The notes under the pieces are model-generated. The model worked only from the letters and a program-made list of their open reading frames with translations. It ran no database searches and was not told the origin of the DNA. Source: Zygnema circumcarinatum SAG 698-1b (taxonomy: Eukaryota > Plantae > Zygnematophyceae). From it: a DNA stretch of 64,000 nucleotides. Shown here piece by piece: positions 12,140 to 25,504 of the stretch. Position 1 is the first letter of the stretch. Each line of letters starts with the position of its first letter. A program made the translations under genes and the position numbers. The stretch spans positions 4,187,361 through 4,251,360 of the forward strand of contig CM074805.1 of assembly GCA_037447605.1 (NCBI GenBank). Direction: 5' to 3'.

Positions 12140-15100
12140 CTACTGTGCTCCTCGCCCTGCTCGCACCTGCTCCTTCAGTTGCAGCGACCTGTCCCCTGCC
12201 GGTCGCCTCTTTCCCAATTCCAGCAAGCCCTGCAGAAGGCTCTGTGAAGAAGGCTCGTCTATGGTCTGTAAGGAAGCTGTGAGTCCCCTCAAAACCTCTT
12301 CAAAACTGTTTTCCAAGCGCCTGCAACCCTCCAGCCATAAGAGGAGCACACATGCAACATCATCACAGTTAGGCATGCCGTACAAAAATGCCCTGTACGA
12401 AAGTACGTAAGTACTGTACTTTCTCTTCCCCTTCTGTACGTTGCAGTCAGCCCATGGAACTCTGGAGGGTCACATACCGCAGTTTGGATTCAAGAGAGCT
12501 GTCGTGCTGGTCTAACATTCGCTGAGCTCCAACATATTCCACGAAGATATCTCTCAGCTGGGTAAGTCTCTGCAGGAAACAAAAGGCAGATATTGGTTGC
12601 ATGTTATAATATGCGTTTAAGGAAAATGAGCAGAAACAAGGTAAGCATGTCTAGGTCAACCATGGCTCACCAGTAGAAAGGGTTGGTGGTGAAGAAGGCA
12701 TTGGTGAAGGCAGCAATGGAGAAACGTTGTATGGTATTCCACCATCTGAGCCCACCCACATATTTGTTCACATTTTATATCTTGCTTGGAGGGGCTTATG
12801 GTGGAGTCCACGGCAGAGAGAGAGAAGCATTGCTCACCTCATCAATGGAATTGGCTTTCAGGAGCTGTCCTTCCATTTTCCTCCAATTGGGCTCCAAAAC
12901 CTGCCAAAGAAGCAAAAGAGTATCTTTCATCCTTTCACTTGCAGACAGTGAGAAAACAAGAGTCACTCTGATCACTAAAGCAACAAGGGTCTAGTGTCCA
13001 GTTTTTATAATGACTATGCTGAGACGGGTCCCTCTTTTATCAAAGAATCAAAGTGAACTTACAATGCTTGTAGCGTGTTGTAGAATGGTTTCAAGGAGCG
13101 GCAGCATGCGCTGTCCAAGGAACTGCCATCTGAACACCATCGGATGTGCTTTTTTGTTCATGATGTTCCTCTGTTTACCCCAGCATAACATGAGTTTACC
13201 AGGCACAGGCAGTTTTATAGGAGGCCTACTTACATGGGCCATCATTCAATACAAAGAGTCACCTTATACACAATCTCCACAATCTATTCAATGCAAATGA
13301 CTTCTGTTGAACCTGTGCTAAAAGGCTCACCTGGCGAGCTACAGCAAGGCAGTTCATCTGCAGCTGGTGATGTATGCGACGGCAAGAGAACAAGTGCTGA
13401 AAGATTATCTTATAGGCCTTCAATGCCTTTTGGGACACCACCAATGATATGGGCCAGGGCACCTGCACCCACAGTTTGCACTTTAGCATACTTCACCTCC
13501 TCATTCCCAGGTCGATGCAGTTCGCTTCCAAAAATCTAAAAAAACCGTCAAGGGTTATCACTACGGCTGCACCAACATTGAGCTTACTCTGTAGTCCATG
13601 GTGAAAGCATTCCACCCATCAGCTACGTCGGGACTGTGGGAGGTGCTGGGTACATCGTTCTCGTTAGGTCCATCAAAAGCTATGCAACGAACTTCTCCCT
13701 CTTTGCTATGCACTGTGTACTCCATATCCTCCACGTCTTCGTCGACGACCGCCAGCATGTTCCCAAGTTCTTCTTTAACCCATTTCACTCGGACTGCAAA
13801 CGGCTTCATATCCTGCAACTCTAGCCGGAAGGTCAAGTCATGGTCCTCCGTTATGAGGGAGAAGGCGAGTGAAGTATACATGCCCAATGAGCGCTGCAGA
13901 ATCCTGACTTGAATTAAGTTTCAGATTCAGCAATGGACCCTAGCAACCAATGCCAACAAGTTATGTGCTCGAGCTTCAGAGATGTATGCTGCGTAGACAG
14001 AGTAGTGAACTTCGAATCGATGAAGTTATGTTATGACCTAATATTAGAAAGATTTCCTGTGACTTAATCTTTCGTTTATGGAGAGGGTTGAGGAAGTGGC
14101 AATACGAAGCTACTAAAATGAACGTCCTGTACAGCAAAGGGAGGGCTCACCAAAGCAAGCGTGATATCCTTATGGAAAGGATCGCAGAAGCACAATGATG
14201 TGCGTAAAGACCGTTCCAGCAGAGGCTGCATTTCAGACAACAGACGAGGAAAAAAAACACATAAATGTACCTTCATGAGAGATGTGAATGACAAGTAGAT
14301 GTCCTGCAAAGAAAGAGCATTCAAACGATTTGAAAGGGCAGAGTACGCACCACCAAAGTGTTTTTGGAAACAGCTCCCTGCCATTGCCTGCCTGCATGTT
14401 TGCTCAATTCTCCGGAGGCGAAGTCCATGAAGTCAAGAATGAAATCACCCTGAAAGACATAACATGTGGAATCAGATAACCACCGCTAACGAAAAGATAT
14501 TTGATGGCATCTACATCACACAGGCCAACAATTTCTTTAAGAAGAACGAAATTTTTTGAGGAAGGACGAAGGACTTAGGAATTGAGGAGAAACAAAAGCA
14601 CTAGGCACAATGATATATATTGCATTGCATGCCATAGTCACCTCTGAACCACCTTGAAACTTGGAATGATGATTATGCAAAGTAAACCACCAGTTAGTCC
14701 AAGCATAATCAAAATACTAAGCCAGACAAAGTCGCGATCTTTGTTCACTCACCCGGTAATGAAAGAAGCAGTTCTTAAGGGATTGCAAACGTGGCATGAG
14801 CTTGTACTGCAGTCAATATTGACCCCCCCTCCCCTGTGAGACCTTGTTTATCAGACATTGAATAGCCCATTACCACTTGAAAGAAGCAATCTCGATTCAA
14901 GCGAAGCTGCCACATGGATAGCTCTGCTATCGCCCATGTTTCGCGTAAACAGTATGTCTAACTCTTCAGGCAAAGATGCAGGAAGCAAGAGGCTAAAGAT
15001 GCATCTCCACCTGAATAGGAAGTTTGCCTGAGACAAATCTGCAAGCTAGTTTTCGACTCTCTTGCTCCACTAAAGACTCAAAATGATTACAACAGGGCAG

Positions 15101-18100
15101 TACCATTATCTTACCTGTCCAAAAACAGAAGATTAGGTAACCTGCCTTTCTAGCCAAGCAGCGTGATGAAGCAGCCTTGGTATCATGGACTTCAAAACAG
15201 GCAATTTTTCGGACCTCACTTAACAACCAGATAGTTCTCTGAATATCTCTCCTCGTACATAACGTCTAGTATAGTATCACATCATCGCTCAACAAAAAAG
15301 TTTTATCATAAGTGACCCACCTCCTCCTTTATTAGGCGCAGCAGTTCTGCACAGGACTCCTGGTAGGCTATTTGAATGCATTCAAGGTAGGCAGTCTCGT
15401 CTTCGATGCTGGAAAGGCGAGAATCTGAAGTGCCTAAACCAGCAACCTGAAAAACAGGGCTCCCTTGACATTCGAGTAAACATCTCAATATTGAATGATT
15501 TCAATGCAGCCTATCTGGTTTTCATAGAAGTATAAGGCCAAGTTTCAGATGCACACACAACTCTGCAAAGTCAAGAAGGATGGCTCTTAGACTTCAAAAG
15601 CAGTAGGCAACCGAAGATTATAACAGCAGCGCAGTAGGCAAACCGCCAAGTATTGGATGCTCAAAAGCAGCTGTCTCAGTTTCAAATTTTCAATAGTGCT
15701 TGCCTTTGACTCAAGAGAGACATTCACTCCCACAGCAGCACTGGAGACTGGACACAATCCATCTCTGAGTTGTGTCCAGAGTGGTGCCTACCTTTGCGCT
15801 GTGCCCACATTCCCGGATCGCTGTCAGGCATTTGCCTGTTGTAAGTATCTCTTTAGCTGCTCTCTGCAGGAAGTCCGGCACGGCATGGGGTCGAATCTGG
15901 TAGCGTTTTTCCCAATAAATAGAATCGGTCTGTCAATGCAACAAGGAAATCAGCGACTTCGAAATTTCAATGCCAGTCCTTTTATAGTAATCGTGAACTT
16001 AACACCTATGACACCTGTAGTGTCAGACTAACAATGGTATCCACAGTAGGCCAATATGTTAACAATTGTCTAGGTGCTGCCCTAGCGAATGATTGCAGCT
16101 CACCATTGACACGCTGTGGTCTTCCTCAATCATGAATTCACTATACGAATCGTCCAGAATTCCCTCAAATAACCATCTGCATTCAATCCCCAACTCAGCC
16201 TCTGTCCATTGCGACTCTGGCCATCCTGACGACTAACTGCCAGAAGCAAACCACAGACACTGCAGGTTAGCGTGTGGGTGAACCCATCATCAACTCATAA
16301 AGTTGATTAGTTTAAAGGCCTTGACATCCTTTCAGGCCGGAGAGCATCACACAGGTGACACAAAGAATAGGGAGAAAAAAGCACAGATTTCGGCAGTAAC
16401 TAAAGCAGATAAATACTGTGAGTGGGCTGACATCAACAGAGCCGGGAATGAGTGAAGCAAGTGTTCGCCGTTTCAACTCACCTCTCCAGCATCTCTGTGT
16501 ACGGCTGGTAACTAGCTTTCCAGAGGGCATCCAGCTTCACCCGATGGTTTCCACCTCTAGGAAAGCATATTGCCTGTATTAGCATATCAAGGTGAGAGTA
16601 AGACAATGAAGTTTGTCAAAAACAACCACAGGAGACATCGAGGTCTCCTGTGGTTGTCCATCCGACAGTTGGCATGGTTTCTGGCAGTCCATGCAGTTCC
16701 TAAGAGGTTGTTTTCTTGAAGGAACACATCGAATAAACTTACAGGCCAGGACACCCAAAATGTAAGGGTGCAATCATGTCTCAAGTGCATAACGTGATTA
16801 TGTTGGAATTGATGGATTCATTCCAAGACTACGCACAGTAACATCACAATTAAGCATGACACTCAGTTCAGTCAATCACTCTTAAAGAAAACTACCGACT
16901 TTACTTCCCCGTGCACTGACGTGAAATGTAATGAAAGTTCTGCAGAAGATTGCAAGCAAATAACTTGCTGGGGTGGTTGCCTCCATAAGCTGGATAATTT
17001 ACCTCATGAGAAAGGTAGTTGAGCAAAGGAGCTCCCATGAGATTATTCTGTGTCACATGCTGCAGCAGAGCAGCCAGCACTCTGAAGAGATCCATGAAAG
17101 GCTGCACACCAGAACTCCCAGACAGTAAAGTATGCTCCTTCAGTCTGAATTTAATAACAACAATAACATCCAATAACTTCATCAACGCATTTCTCGTACG
17201 GCCAACAACTAACCCTTAGCAACAGCCACAGAGGCGTGCACTTTTCGTACTTTTCGTCGTATGTTTCAAGTGAAACAGGAGTAAGAGCACATGAGCTTCC
17301 TTTACTGTGCAGCTATTGCGATCACGGCAAGTCATATGCAATGAGTCTGCATTTGATCCATTTCCCACATGGAGTGAAGTCACCCTCGGTACATCTGGGG
17401 TCCAGAGAGACCCTGTTCCGTGCAAATTACACAAATGTACAAACTAATGCATCACAGGAAAAATGACAGTTGCAGAAAAGAACATGAACATGATTAAGGC
17501 GTTTTCAAAATTCTTAACCAAAATCGATACCTGGCATAAATCTTGCACTTCGGATAAGAGCGACAGTTGTCCCATTCGCCACCTATCGTCTACCTCAACC
17601 ACGACAAGATCGAGTTCCTGAAATATTACAGCAAGAAAATAGATGAAAGGCCACTTAAGCCATGGTAAGGCTCTGGGGAAAGCACGTCTTGTGGTTCACC
17701 TGACTTACATGCATTAGTCATGCGTTTGTTGTCAACAAACGTTTCAAAACTGCTGATACTCTCCTTTCTCACCCAATAAAAAGATGGTAGCAGCTTCCAT
17801 AACTTTTTAGCGATGACATTTAATCAGACCATAAGAGTCCACCTCCATTTTTCCCCTCAAACAACGGATCTCCTGATTCATAGTGTTGGTTGGAACTCAA
17901 ATCCGCAGGACAAGAGCAAGGCTTATCTACAGCAAGACTTTTCATAGACCATGCATTTATGTGCAATAGGCGACGGTGTTTTAAGCAGATCAGGCAGAGA
18001 TGCACCGTCAGGACTTGGAACAGCTCTTCTCCAAGAGCATGCCTAATGAGGCCTTGATCATAAGAGCGGGCAGTGCATCGAAATGTTTCCAGCTGAGACC

Positions 18101-19399
18101 GATCTGTGCAGAGCTGCACCAGCATAGTTACTGAGTTCTGCAGCGAACAATGGACCAGTTAGTTTCAATGGCATCGATGTGGAATCGCTTGTACTTCCAA
18201 ATGGTGTATCGTCACTGCAAACAAGAACAGCGCCTATGCGTTCAATTTTTTTTTGTGTCCCATTAGAACAGGATACTGTTTTCCCGCATAAGTTCTTGGG
18301 TCAACTTGGCAATGGCAATCTGAACCTTATAACCACGACTATCCCAAGTAAAGGATATGACTGCGCAATCACTTAATCAACTTGTTCTTGCAATAGTTAC
18401 CATAGTTGCGCACACTTTCCAGTCATGTTCATAGGAGTCACTATTCCTTCAACCATAGTGCACTCGTCCGCGTTGTTTTGATGAATAAGCTTACCTTCAG
18501 TTCTCCTGCGTTAGGCCCTGAGACATAGAACTCCACTGTGTCTCCTTCCCTCCTTGACCGTGTCTTAATGAAGGTGCCCTCAAACCCACGCAACGCACAA
18601 ATGAGGTCCTCCACGAGGGCTTCTTCCTGCATTACAGCATTAAATGCAGGCAAAAACGAACAGATCAATTGAATATCCCACTAAATCATCATCAAGCCAA
18701 ATTAAGCGACACATGATTGCATGACCCCTCTCGTATCCAGTGTTACGAGTCTGTTCACCTTTGTCCAATGAAACATAAATGGTTAAGCCCTTATTATACG
18801 TTAACTTCCGTTTTGAGGTCTCTTAATCACAACTTTCCAGCTTAACATAGTTATCTACCTGGTCCAGGAGTGACAACTCCTCGAACGCACTAGGTTCCAG
18901 ATCGATTCTGCTACCAATCCCCACTTGTTCCACATGTCAGGTTACACTCAAGCCTCAACCAAAGTTTTTTGAAGAATTTTAATGATTATGTGACGAGGAA
19001 GATGAGGCCAGCACATCCTCAAGACGGTCTGGTCAAACCTTGACTTAGGGCAATGATGTAATCACTTCAAGGATTTGCACATGCTGAAGAGAAAGCTTAC
19101 TGGACCTCCTTTCTAGGCGAGTAGCATACAATTGGTGCAAGTCTTGTGATGATGCCAATGGTACAATAACGACTAATGGTTTTACCTTGGGCTGATCGTT
19201 GTTTTCAGCATCACTCAAACAGTTTATTATGTCATTAATCGCTTGCATGATGCTTTGTTGTTTAAAAGGCAGATAGGCGAATCCCGCCGACATGTTCAGT
19301 ATGCCGATAACTATTTCTTTTTTTATGTTTCTGGTGGTCTTTGCACCTGCCACCCGTCGTGCAATGAATGTCTCGATCTTGCTCCGCTCGTGCACACTC
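12140..19399 (-). CDS. GCP2: Diverged gamma-tubulin complex component 2-like protein (Spc97/GCP2 family), multi-exon; 5' end unresolved
   Basis: Spliced minus-strand exons give GCP2 blocks in the correct order: LSLLDQ|EEALVEDLICALRGFEGTFI (about 18630-18545); TARSYDQGLIRHAL (about 18050); ELDLVVVEVDDRWRMGQLS; PFMDLFRVLAALL; YTEMLER|WLFEGILDDSYSEFMI (about 16175); YWEKRYQI..ILTTGKCLTAIRECG (about 15900-15790); YLECIQIAY; GDFILDFMDFASGEL (about 14450); LERSLRTS..DPFHKDI; WNAFTMDYR|VPWPISLVVSQKALKAYKIIFQHLF; VLEPNW (about 12895); YHTTFLHCCLHQCLL; stop at 12140-12142. Two or three junctions and the start codon (possibly 19898) could not be resolved by hand. Confidence 0.85.
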
Positions 19400-19976
19400 C
19401 TGCAAGGAACTAGAAGAGGAAATGGGTAAATCAACAAGGGCTGAATGAGAGGTATAGAAATGCTGAAAGGGAACCGGCAAAGAGTTCTAAGAATTTAGCA
19501 AGCAGTGATGAACATGTACGGTTTGAGAGACAAATTATGGTAAAGAGTAAAAAACGACCTGTTGCAGATACGTTCCCGAAAGCAAGGGCATCTCCATCTC
19601 CCATAATAGCGGGACTGGAATGCTCGGTCTCGTACTACCTGCAACTCCCTCCATTGCTCCTGCCCCTTTTCCTTCAAAAAACAGCTTATCTGCCTGAAGC
19701 GGGCGTCGGCAACACCTTCAAGAATGCGTCCCTGCGAAATGTTCTACCCTGCATGCATCACTGCACGCCTCACTCCCTGAGAGCTCCTGCCCTGCAAGGC
19801 CAGGTAGCGCGCCAGGCAGACAACTGGCGGGCGAGGGAGGCAGGGAGGGAGAGAAGGAGGGGTGCGGAGAGGAGTTTGAGTTCGCAATTTCCCTCCATTT
19901 CCCTCCTGGCGAGACTGGAGGCGAGGCTGCAGGAACGGTCACAAGGGCCCATGGCCCATGGGCATGGCATGTTGTT

Positions 19977-20372
<396 letters not shown>

Positions 20373-21402
20373 CTGGGAGCACCTTCCTGGGAGCTGCTGC
20401 ATTCTTGGCGAGGGCTTGAACACCAACACTGGAGGCAAAGCTGGTATGTTTGACTGAACCGCTTTAGGATATTCTTGTTCTTGTTGGCTTTGGTTCGATC
20501 GTGCACTTCAAGCATTTGCGCACATTGGTCTTGTTCACAAAGTGAAGTTCATAAGGTGGTTGCATTGGAGGCGCGAGTTCGTCCAGCACATAGCGCAACA
20601 AATCTGGTCAGGTCATTGGATATCAAATGTTTGCTGTTACACCGCAACCGCCGTGTTAGTGCAAGACTTGTCGCGAGGGCATCGGCTGCGCTGTTTGGTT
20701 GCTGTTTCGCATGATCTCATATTGCGTAGTTCATGTAGGACCTGAGAATGGATATCCCTTTCAATTCTTCAGCAGCTGCAATTCAAGGAGGATATCTAGC
20801 AGCTAATTAAATACACCTCCCTCGTAGACATGAAACACATTGAAGACAGTGTGAAGAAGTAGCACTGAGCCTAGATCAACCTTCAACTTCCATGATCCCA
20901 TTGAGGCCCTCCATTTGGACAGCATTTGGGAACAGAACCATTGTTAACCTTCACTTCAACAGCCTCCAGCCCTTGTTCCACTCAAAACTTCTCTACTCAG
21001 AGCCCTGTGCAGGGCACAACCCTTAATTGGCGCTTTAAGCCAAATGTCTCCAAGCTCCCACTTAAGAACAAAGATCAAGAAAAAACTCGCGATAACTTGT
21101 ACAACATCGCAGCTTGACCCTCAAGCCCACGCAAACGATTGATTAAAACTAGCGACTGAGTTACATCAGAGCCCCCCTACATATGCCCTACAAAGCTCCA
21201 TAGGAGATTTCGGGCTCCCTGCAAGGAATGCTCGTGGAACCAAGAAGCAGGAGCGCCAAACGCCTCCGGGGAGCCCTGCCTTTTCCCCACCTTGCCTAAA
21301 GAAAAACTATGTCCTCACAGTTCTGACATCTCACTGCTTCAAATGGCTGTGATAAGGTGAGAGATCACTGACAGTGATCCATATAACTGCTCCTTCCTAT
21401 TA

Positions 21403-24265
21403 TTATGAGTTGATTCTCCTTCGGAATGCCACAGTACACACTCGACTACCCTCAACTCCGCCAAACCGAAAAGTCGGATACGTCTTAACATGGTCCACAT
21501 ATTCCAGGACAGACTGTTGCGCAGCCGGATGCAATACTTCAGATGGGCTTTTGGAGACTTTTCCGTTTGCTTCCAACCTTTCAGTAGGCCCAGTAAAGTC
21601 TGCCACTAACTCTTCGTGTGTGTTGTTGCACGAGGTAATAACCTGCACTCAAGTACACAAGCCAAGCTTAGAAATAATATGGTAGGGAGCTATTGGGGTT
21701 ACTGAATAACTATCTTATCAACGTTTCTGACATTCAACACTCCAAGTCAAAATCCAGAAATTGATCTCCACACCACGAAAAGGCCTTCCTGAACCATTCA
21801 AAAGTGAAACGATACAAAATACCTGAATCAGAAGTACTCTACGAAGTACTCCTGTACAACGCAAAAGCACTTAAGGATAATTTCCAAAACACATATCCGA
21901 GATAAGCCTTATTGACTATGCCTGCGCAAAATATTCTAATGGTGCACTGCTCCTTCGTGATTCACTCTACGGGCGATGAATCTTACCAAAAGACCAGTTG
22001 GTGCTAGAAGCTTCTCCACTGTTTTCCTGTAAAGCTTCCTGAATGCCCCAAATAACACCACGTCTGTAAACACCTGCTTATTTTGTACACCGTGAGATAT
22101 GACTGACACTAAAGACACTAGTTTTCTGCTTTCAGGGTATTGCAGAAAAGTGTGACATGCATCTCACAGAAAGGACACTATAAGAGAAAAGACAATAGAA
22201 ACAGAATCAGAACACCGGGAATCTACAAATCGCGAAAGACTCGTTTCTATAAGACAGAAGATTTCCATACTTGTGAGTGCGTCCTTCAGGGTGCAGCTTC
22301 ACTGCGTCGTATGTACCCTTATCCATTATTAGTTCAAATTGCCCCTCCAGTCTTGAGTCCAGCACATCGTCCACCTGCAAGAGTAAACGTGCAAGCAGTT
22401 CCTAGCCGTTAAAGTTGCACATGGAACTATAAACATATCAGAATGAAAAGACTTCACAGGTAGCTTACTCGGTTGTGATTCTTTTGTTGTGCGTCGCAGT
22501 CATGGGGACATAGAAAAAGGTAGTTGGGGCTTACCACAAAATTAATCTGCGCCAAGTTTGTCCTCTGAGCGATGGCCCTTGCCAATTCCACGGCAGCTTC
22601 ACAATAGTCTGTTCCAGTTAAGTCCGTGAACCTGCGCAAATTGCAAGCAAACCAAAGAGGCAAATTTGAGAGGCAAATCTCTCAAATATTTCTTGTCTAA
22701 CTCATGCAAGCACTCAGTTAACATAGACAAAAATAATTACGAAACCGACATCTGCAGAAAGCTGCTACTTTAGAATACTTTGGTACAAACTTTGGATTGA
22801 TATCTTGCTAATGAACTGGCAAAAAAAAAAAAAAAAAACAGCCAATGTCAAAACAAAAACAATCGGAACAAAAAGAACTCAATAACATGACTCACCCATG
22901 GCGAGCAAGGGCGTGTAGCAACAACCCATTGCCAGTGCCAACATCAAGAACGCGCCAGTTGGCAGCCTGACCAGCTAAAGGTGATGACGATGTAGATCCT
23001 CCATTTGCAGATGGGCCCTCAGCTATATTGTCGGACAAGTTCGATGCCGCAGCAGCAGCAATCCGAGCAGTCCATTCTGCACAAACCTCCAACACGGCGT
23101 CGCCGAACCTGGAGAGACACGCCGTTGTTGACCAATTAATTCACAGTGGACAGCGGACTTGTAGTGCTATGAAGTTTCAAATTCATACACTTTTATTCAT
23201 AGTACGAATAATACAAAAGTGGCTTTGTAACACTGAAGAAGTAATTAAAAACACCGGGATATTGTAGATTGCCAACACGGAAACACAGGCCTCAAACATA
23301 CTGCAATGGCGATTTCGATGAACTGTCTCCGACATGCATTACACCTGAGGTTATCTACTGAGTGTTTCTCGGGCAGGATGCAATCGAAGATATAGTTGCA
23401 GATTAGAAGGGTTCGTCATAGTTTGAATTTGTCGGGTACCAGATTTCACCCGGCTGCCCAGTTTCATGGAAGTTGCTCAGTTCATCTGCATATGTTGTGT
23501 CCCAGTGACTTCTCAAACCGAGGACCGAGCCTTCATCCTCGCCTTCTTCTTCATCCTCTGAGCAACTGAGACAATCACAACAAACCAACAAACATCCAGC
23601 AACAATAGATCACCTGTCAAATTCATTACAAAATTCAATTGTGCTTAATCTTGGCCCAAGCATCCTCTACAGTTGTCAGCAGGACCTGCAGATCGAAAAA
23701 AACCAAAACGACAGCACCTGACATGTTCATCTTTGGAAAAAGGACTCTACATGAAAAACTTTGGAGCGAATGCTTGTCATGCAATGGTCTTCACGAATGC
23801 AAGGCAAATCCGCGCAGAAACACCCTACATAATCCTGCCTGGCATTGAGAAAATCCAGATGCAATCGCTTGTTGATGATCATATACGCATAAGATTCCTA
23901 TGCGGGAAAAAGGAAGTCTTAACATCAAAAAAGCGTCTCCTGAACGCCCTTCATTCAGTTTCAGGCAATGTAGCCGGATTTCAATATGAGCCAATATCGC
24001 CTTACCATCCATTGGCTGCACGATCTGCAACAGTTTCCATGACCTCCATAACCTCCGCATGCCGTATATCATCCCCGTCAAGGGTACTTCCATATTCACT
24101 CTTAACAGACCAAGAGTCAGCTGCTATCGACCTCTCATCAAACGACCGCTCGTCATCCGAATGGGCGTGCTCATCCTGCACACTGTTTGCATGCCAATCT
24201 GCCAATGCAGCGTGACCATCTCGCTCAGCGGACCCGTCAGAAGCCCTCACTTTAAGCCCCACCAT
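21403..24265 (-). CDS. EFM4: Protein-lysine N-methyltransferase EFM4/METTL10 (EEF1AKMT2)-like, 363 aa, 7 exons
   Basis: Exons 24265-24006, 23565-23440, 23108-22896, 22631-22535, 22374-22271, 22038-21987 and 21642-21403 total 1092 nt in frame. Motifs: SIAADSWSVKSEYGSTLD; LGLRSHWDTTYADELSNFHETG; SAM motif I VLDVGTGNGLLLHALA; LTGTDY; DKGTYDAV; VITSCN; YPTFRFGGVEGSRVCTVAF. Confidence 0.93.
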
Positions 24266-24369
24266 GTCTGCCCTTTCCCTTCCTCTTCCCGTTCTCAGAA
24301 TATAGTGCTCGCAAGAGGCGGCGGATGGCAAGGCGGCATGCAGCAGGCGTAGCTCCGTCCAGGAAAGCG

Positions 24370-24465
24370 CCCGCCCTGCCCCGCCCTGCCCTGCCCCGCC
24401 CTGCCCCGCCCTGCCCTGCCCTGCCCTGCCCTGCCCTGCCCTGCCCTGCCCTGCCCTGCCCTGCC
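24370..24465 (-). repeat. (GGGCA/GGGCG)n G-run array upstream of EFM4
   Basis: The + strand reads (CTGCC/CCGCC)n, about 19 units, roughly 105-200 nt upstream of the EFM4 ATG. Confidence 0.9.
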
Positions 24466-25048
24466 GCCTGCACGGGCCCGAGTCCCGAGGTCAGGCCAGT
24501 CCAGGCCGGGCCGGGTCGGGCCCAAGCGAGCGAGGGCGAGGGCAGAATTGCAAGTTCGCGTTTTGAATCCCGCTCGCTCTGCTGGCAACCGCCCGCCCGC
24601 GCTCGCTCGACAAGCTCTAGGGACCGACCACAACTGACGACGGTACGCACAATGCTGCATTGTAACACGACCATGCAACAAACAGCACGTACATTTCAAG
24701 TGGGAATAGAACCAAGGAAGCTGGAATACCAGACGATCCGCATGCTTGCAGTTCATTGAAGTTGTGCCCATACAGTACAATGGTGCTCCGCTCCTCGAGC
24801 CATGCATGCATGCATGCAACCTCCACAACTGCTCCCGCCTAGGCGCAGGCGGCGACGATTGGGTCCCTTCGCCGCAAAACTCCCACCGAGCGCATCATGC
24901 GAGGCCGTACGTATCGTACGGTTCGTACGCATCCCGTGAACAGTGTACGGCCGTGACCAGACCTTACGGTCGGACCGTACGGTGCTACGAAGGAGTGCAG
25001 GAGACGACTGTGAGGACCTCCAAGACTCGCGCTCAAGTGTGTCTGCCC

Positions 25049-25423
25049 TATAGATCCGTATGTATCAAACGCGTGTATTAATACACTGTATAATACATGC
25101 GTATTATACAACATTTTAAAAATACAGTGTATTTTTAATGTATTTAACGTATTTTCTTTATTTCCTTGGTTAGTTGAACAAAATTTGATTATAATATTGA
25201 AATTCCAGCACTTGCCAAGTCACGTCACTTGCCAAACACTCAACACGTGTGACTTGGTCCGTACATGCTCGTACACCCCTTTCGTACATAATTTCCGTAC
25301 GGATCTATGTTCCGATTGTACGGCTGTTAACAGTTGCGTTAAGGTATTATACAGTGTATAATACAGTATTAATACTGTATTATACATTGTATCGAACCTC
25401 AAAGTGTATAATACGGATCTATA
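25049..25423. mobile_element. hAT-type MITE (375 bp)
   Basis: 13-bp perfect TIRs TATAGATCCGTAT (25049-25061) and ATACGGATCTATA (25411-25423). Identical 8-bp flanks GTCTGCCC at 25041-25048 and 25424-25431. The AT-rich interior has repeated GTATAATAC/GTATTATAC subterminal motifs. Confidence 0.8.
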
Positions 25424-25504
25424 GTCTGCCCTGAGGGAGAGGGAGGGGGAGGGGGAAGGGGGAAGGGGGAGGGGGAAGGGGGAGGGGCGGCCTGCTCACA
25501 AGCC

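Noticed and set aside
18350-18358. ATATCCTT on the minus strand, resembling a U12 AT-AC donor in the GCP2-like gene
   Set aside because: It lies in the middle of an intron; the flanking exons (..GELK | NSVTM..) join correctly via ordinary GT-AG.
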